A DNA stretch of 62,240 nucleotides, counting the filler, from Sphacelaria rigidula (taxonomy: Eukaryota), in the NCBI GenBank assembly GCA_964200075.2. It is 11 parts of 11 records of this genome, joined end to end, with 100 filler letters (N's around TTAATTAATTAA, not from the genome) between each part and the next. Parts side by side here need not be neighbours in the genome. Positions count along the whole stretch, not along the records: positions 56,674 to 62,240 come from CAXNAA020026272.1; 10 more parts are not named here. The stretch is one strand, 5' to 3'. The notes under the pieces were generated by a model. It saw only the letters and a program-made list of their open reading frames with translations, was not told the origin of the DNA and searched no databases. Both the position numbers and the translations under genes were made by a program. Every line of letters starts with the position of its first letter. The stretch's first letter is position 1. Below, one piece after another: positions 61,490 to 62,240 of the stretch.

Positions 61490-61875
61490 GTTGAAAAACT
61501 GCGCAAACGTTATCAGTAGGGTAATGGCCTAGAAAAGGTATACCTTCGCTTTTTTTGCCTAAGAAAAGTACGAAAAATGGCAAGACACACGAAAACAACA
61601 AAACACGCCATTTTGACCGTTTTCGCTCCGAATTTTCACGCACATCATTCAGGGGGGCCATTGGCACCCGGGCCTCGAAAAAAGAAAAGGGGAAAAAAAA
61701 ACGTTACTCGCGAGATATGGCCACGCGAAAACGGACGTCTCGCCTCCAGAAACCGGTTACCCTTTCTAGGCCAAATTTCGGCCGGGTATACCTGATCTAG
61801 GAATTCTTCTTCAATCGTACCTTATCTGGGCCACCGATCGGCCGATAACGTACCTGTGCTGGGCCATCGCTTCCT
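61490..61875 (-). repeat. Interspersed repeat, uninterrupted paralog of the sequence flanking the 43162-44364 insertion
   Basis: Its reverse complement aligns to about 43075-43161 and 44367-44830. Confidence 0.85.
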
Positions 61876-62240
61876 ACATTGTACCTGATGCCGCACATCG
61901 CGCGCAAGGGAGTGAGTCTACGCGCCAACTCCAACCATGGCGCCCACACGTTCGGCTCTTTTCTCGCTCATTTGCTGTTCACGGACGCCACAACGACCAC
62001 GCCTCTTTCTCCCCGGAAATGGCTCCCGAGTCTCTCCGCATCGACACAGTAACTGGACTCAAAACTCGCAACGCGTCGGTCTTTTGTGATGCGGGGGATT
62101 GTGGGACACCGCAATGTTGCAATCTCGGGGCTGGTGTCGGGATCAAGCTCGGCTCTTCCGTCACCAACGGTCGGTTGTCGCATCATCGATGGTTGGCCCA
62201 AGCAGCAACGGGTACACTACTGGCCGTCACGCATATAGAA

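Noticed and set aside
1..62240. Functional cluster linking EsV-1-7, Tctex-1, WSC, SNF2 and SBDS
   Set aside because: Each gene is on a different contig, joined only by artificial spacers.

Overview
This window is not one locus. It is 11 unrelated contigs of 5567-5568 bp (1-5568, 5669-11236, 11337-16904, 17005-22571, 22672-28238, 28339-33905, 34006-39572, 39673-45239, 45340-50906, 51007-56573, 56674-62240), joined by identical 100-nt spacers (N44-TTAATTAATTAA-N44). The content is intron-rich, repeat-rich eukaryotic DNA, most likely from a brown alga (inferred from an EsV-1-7 repeat gene, a WSC-domain gene and short exons in long introns). Recognisable gene fragments are a degenerate 14-repeat EsV-1-7 gene, a Tctex-1 dynein light chain (2 exons), a WSC-domain protein (4 exons), SBDS (2 exons), a RAD5/RAD16-type SNF2 ATPase (2 exons) and several unassigned exons. 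Two introns appear to use GC donors. The rest is internally deleted Gypsy and Copia remnants, an RTE-like LINE fragment, a probable solo LTR, a tRNA-derived SINE head, minisatellites and many nested non-autonomous TIR elements with readable target-site duplications (TA, TAA/TCA, 4 bp, 8 bp). No CRISPR array, operon or multi-gene novel system is supported, and adjacency across spacers has no biological meaning. The best leads are the EsV-1-7 array, the 4-bp-TSD MITE families and the GC-AG introns.
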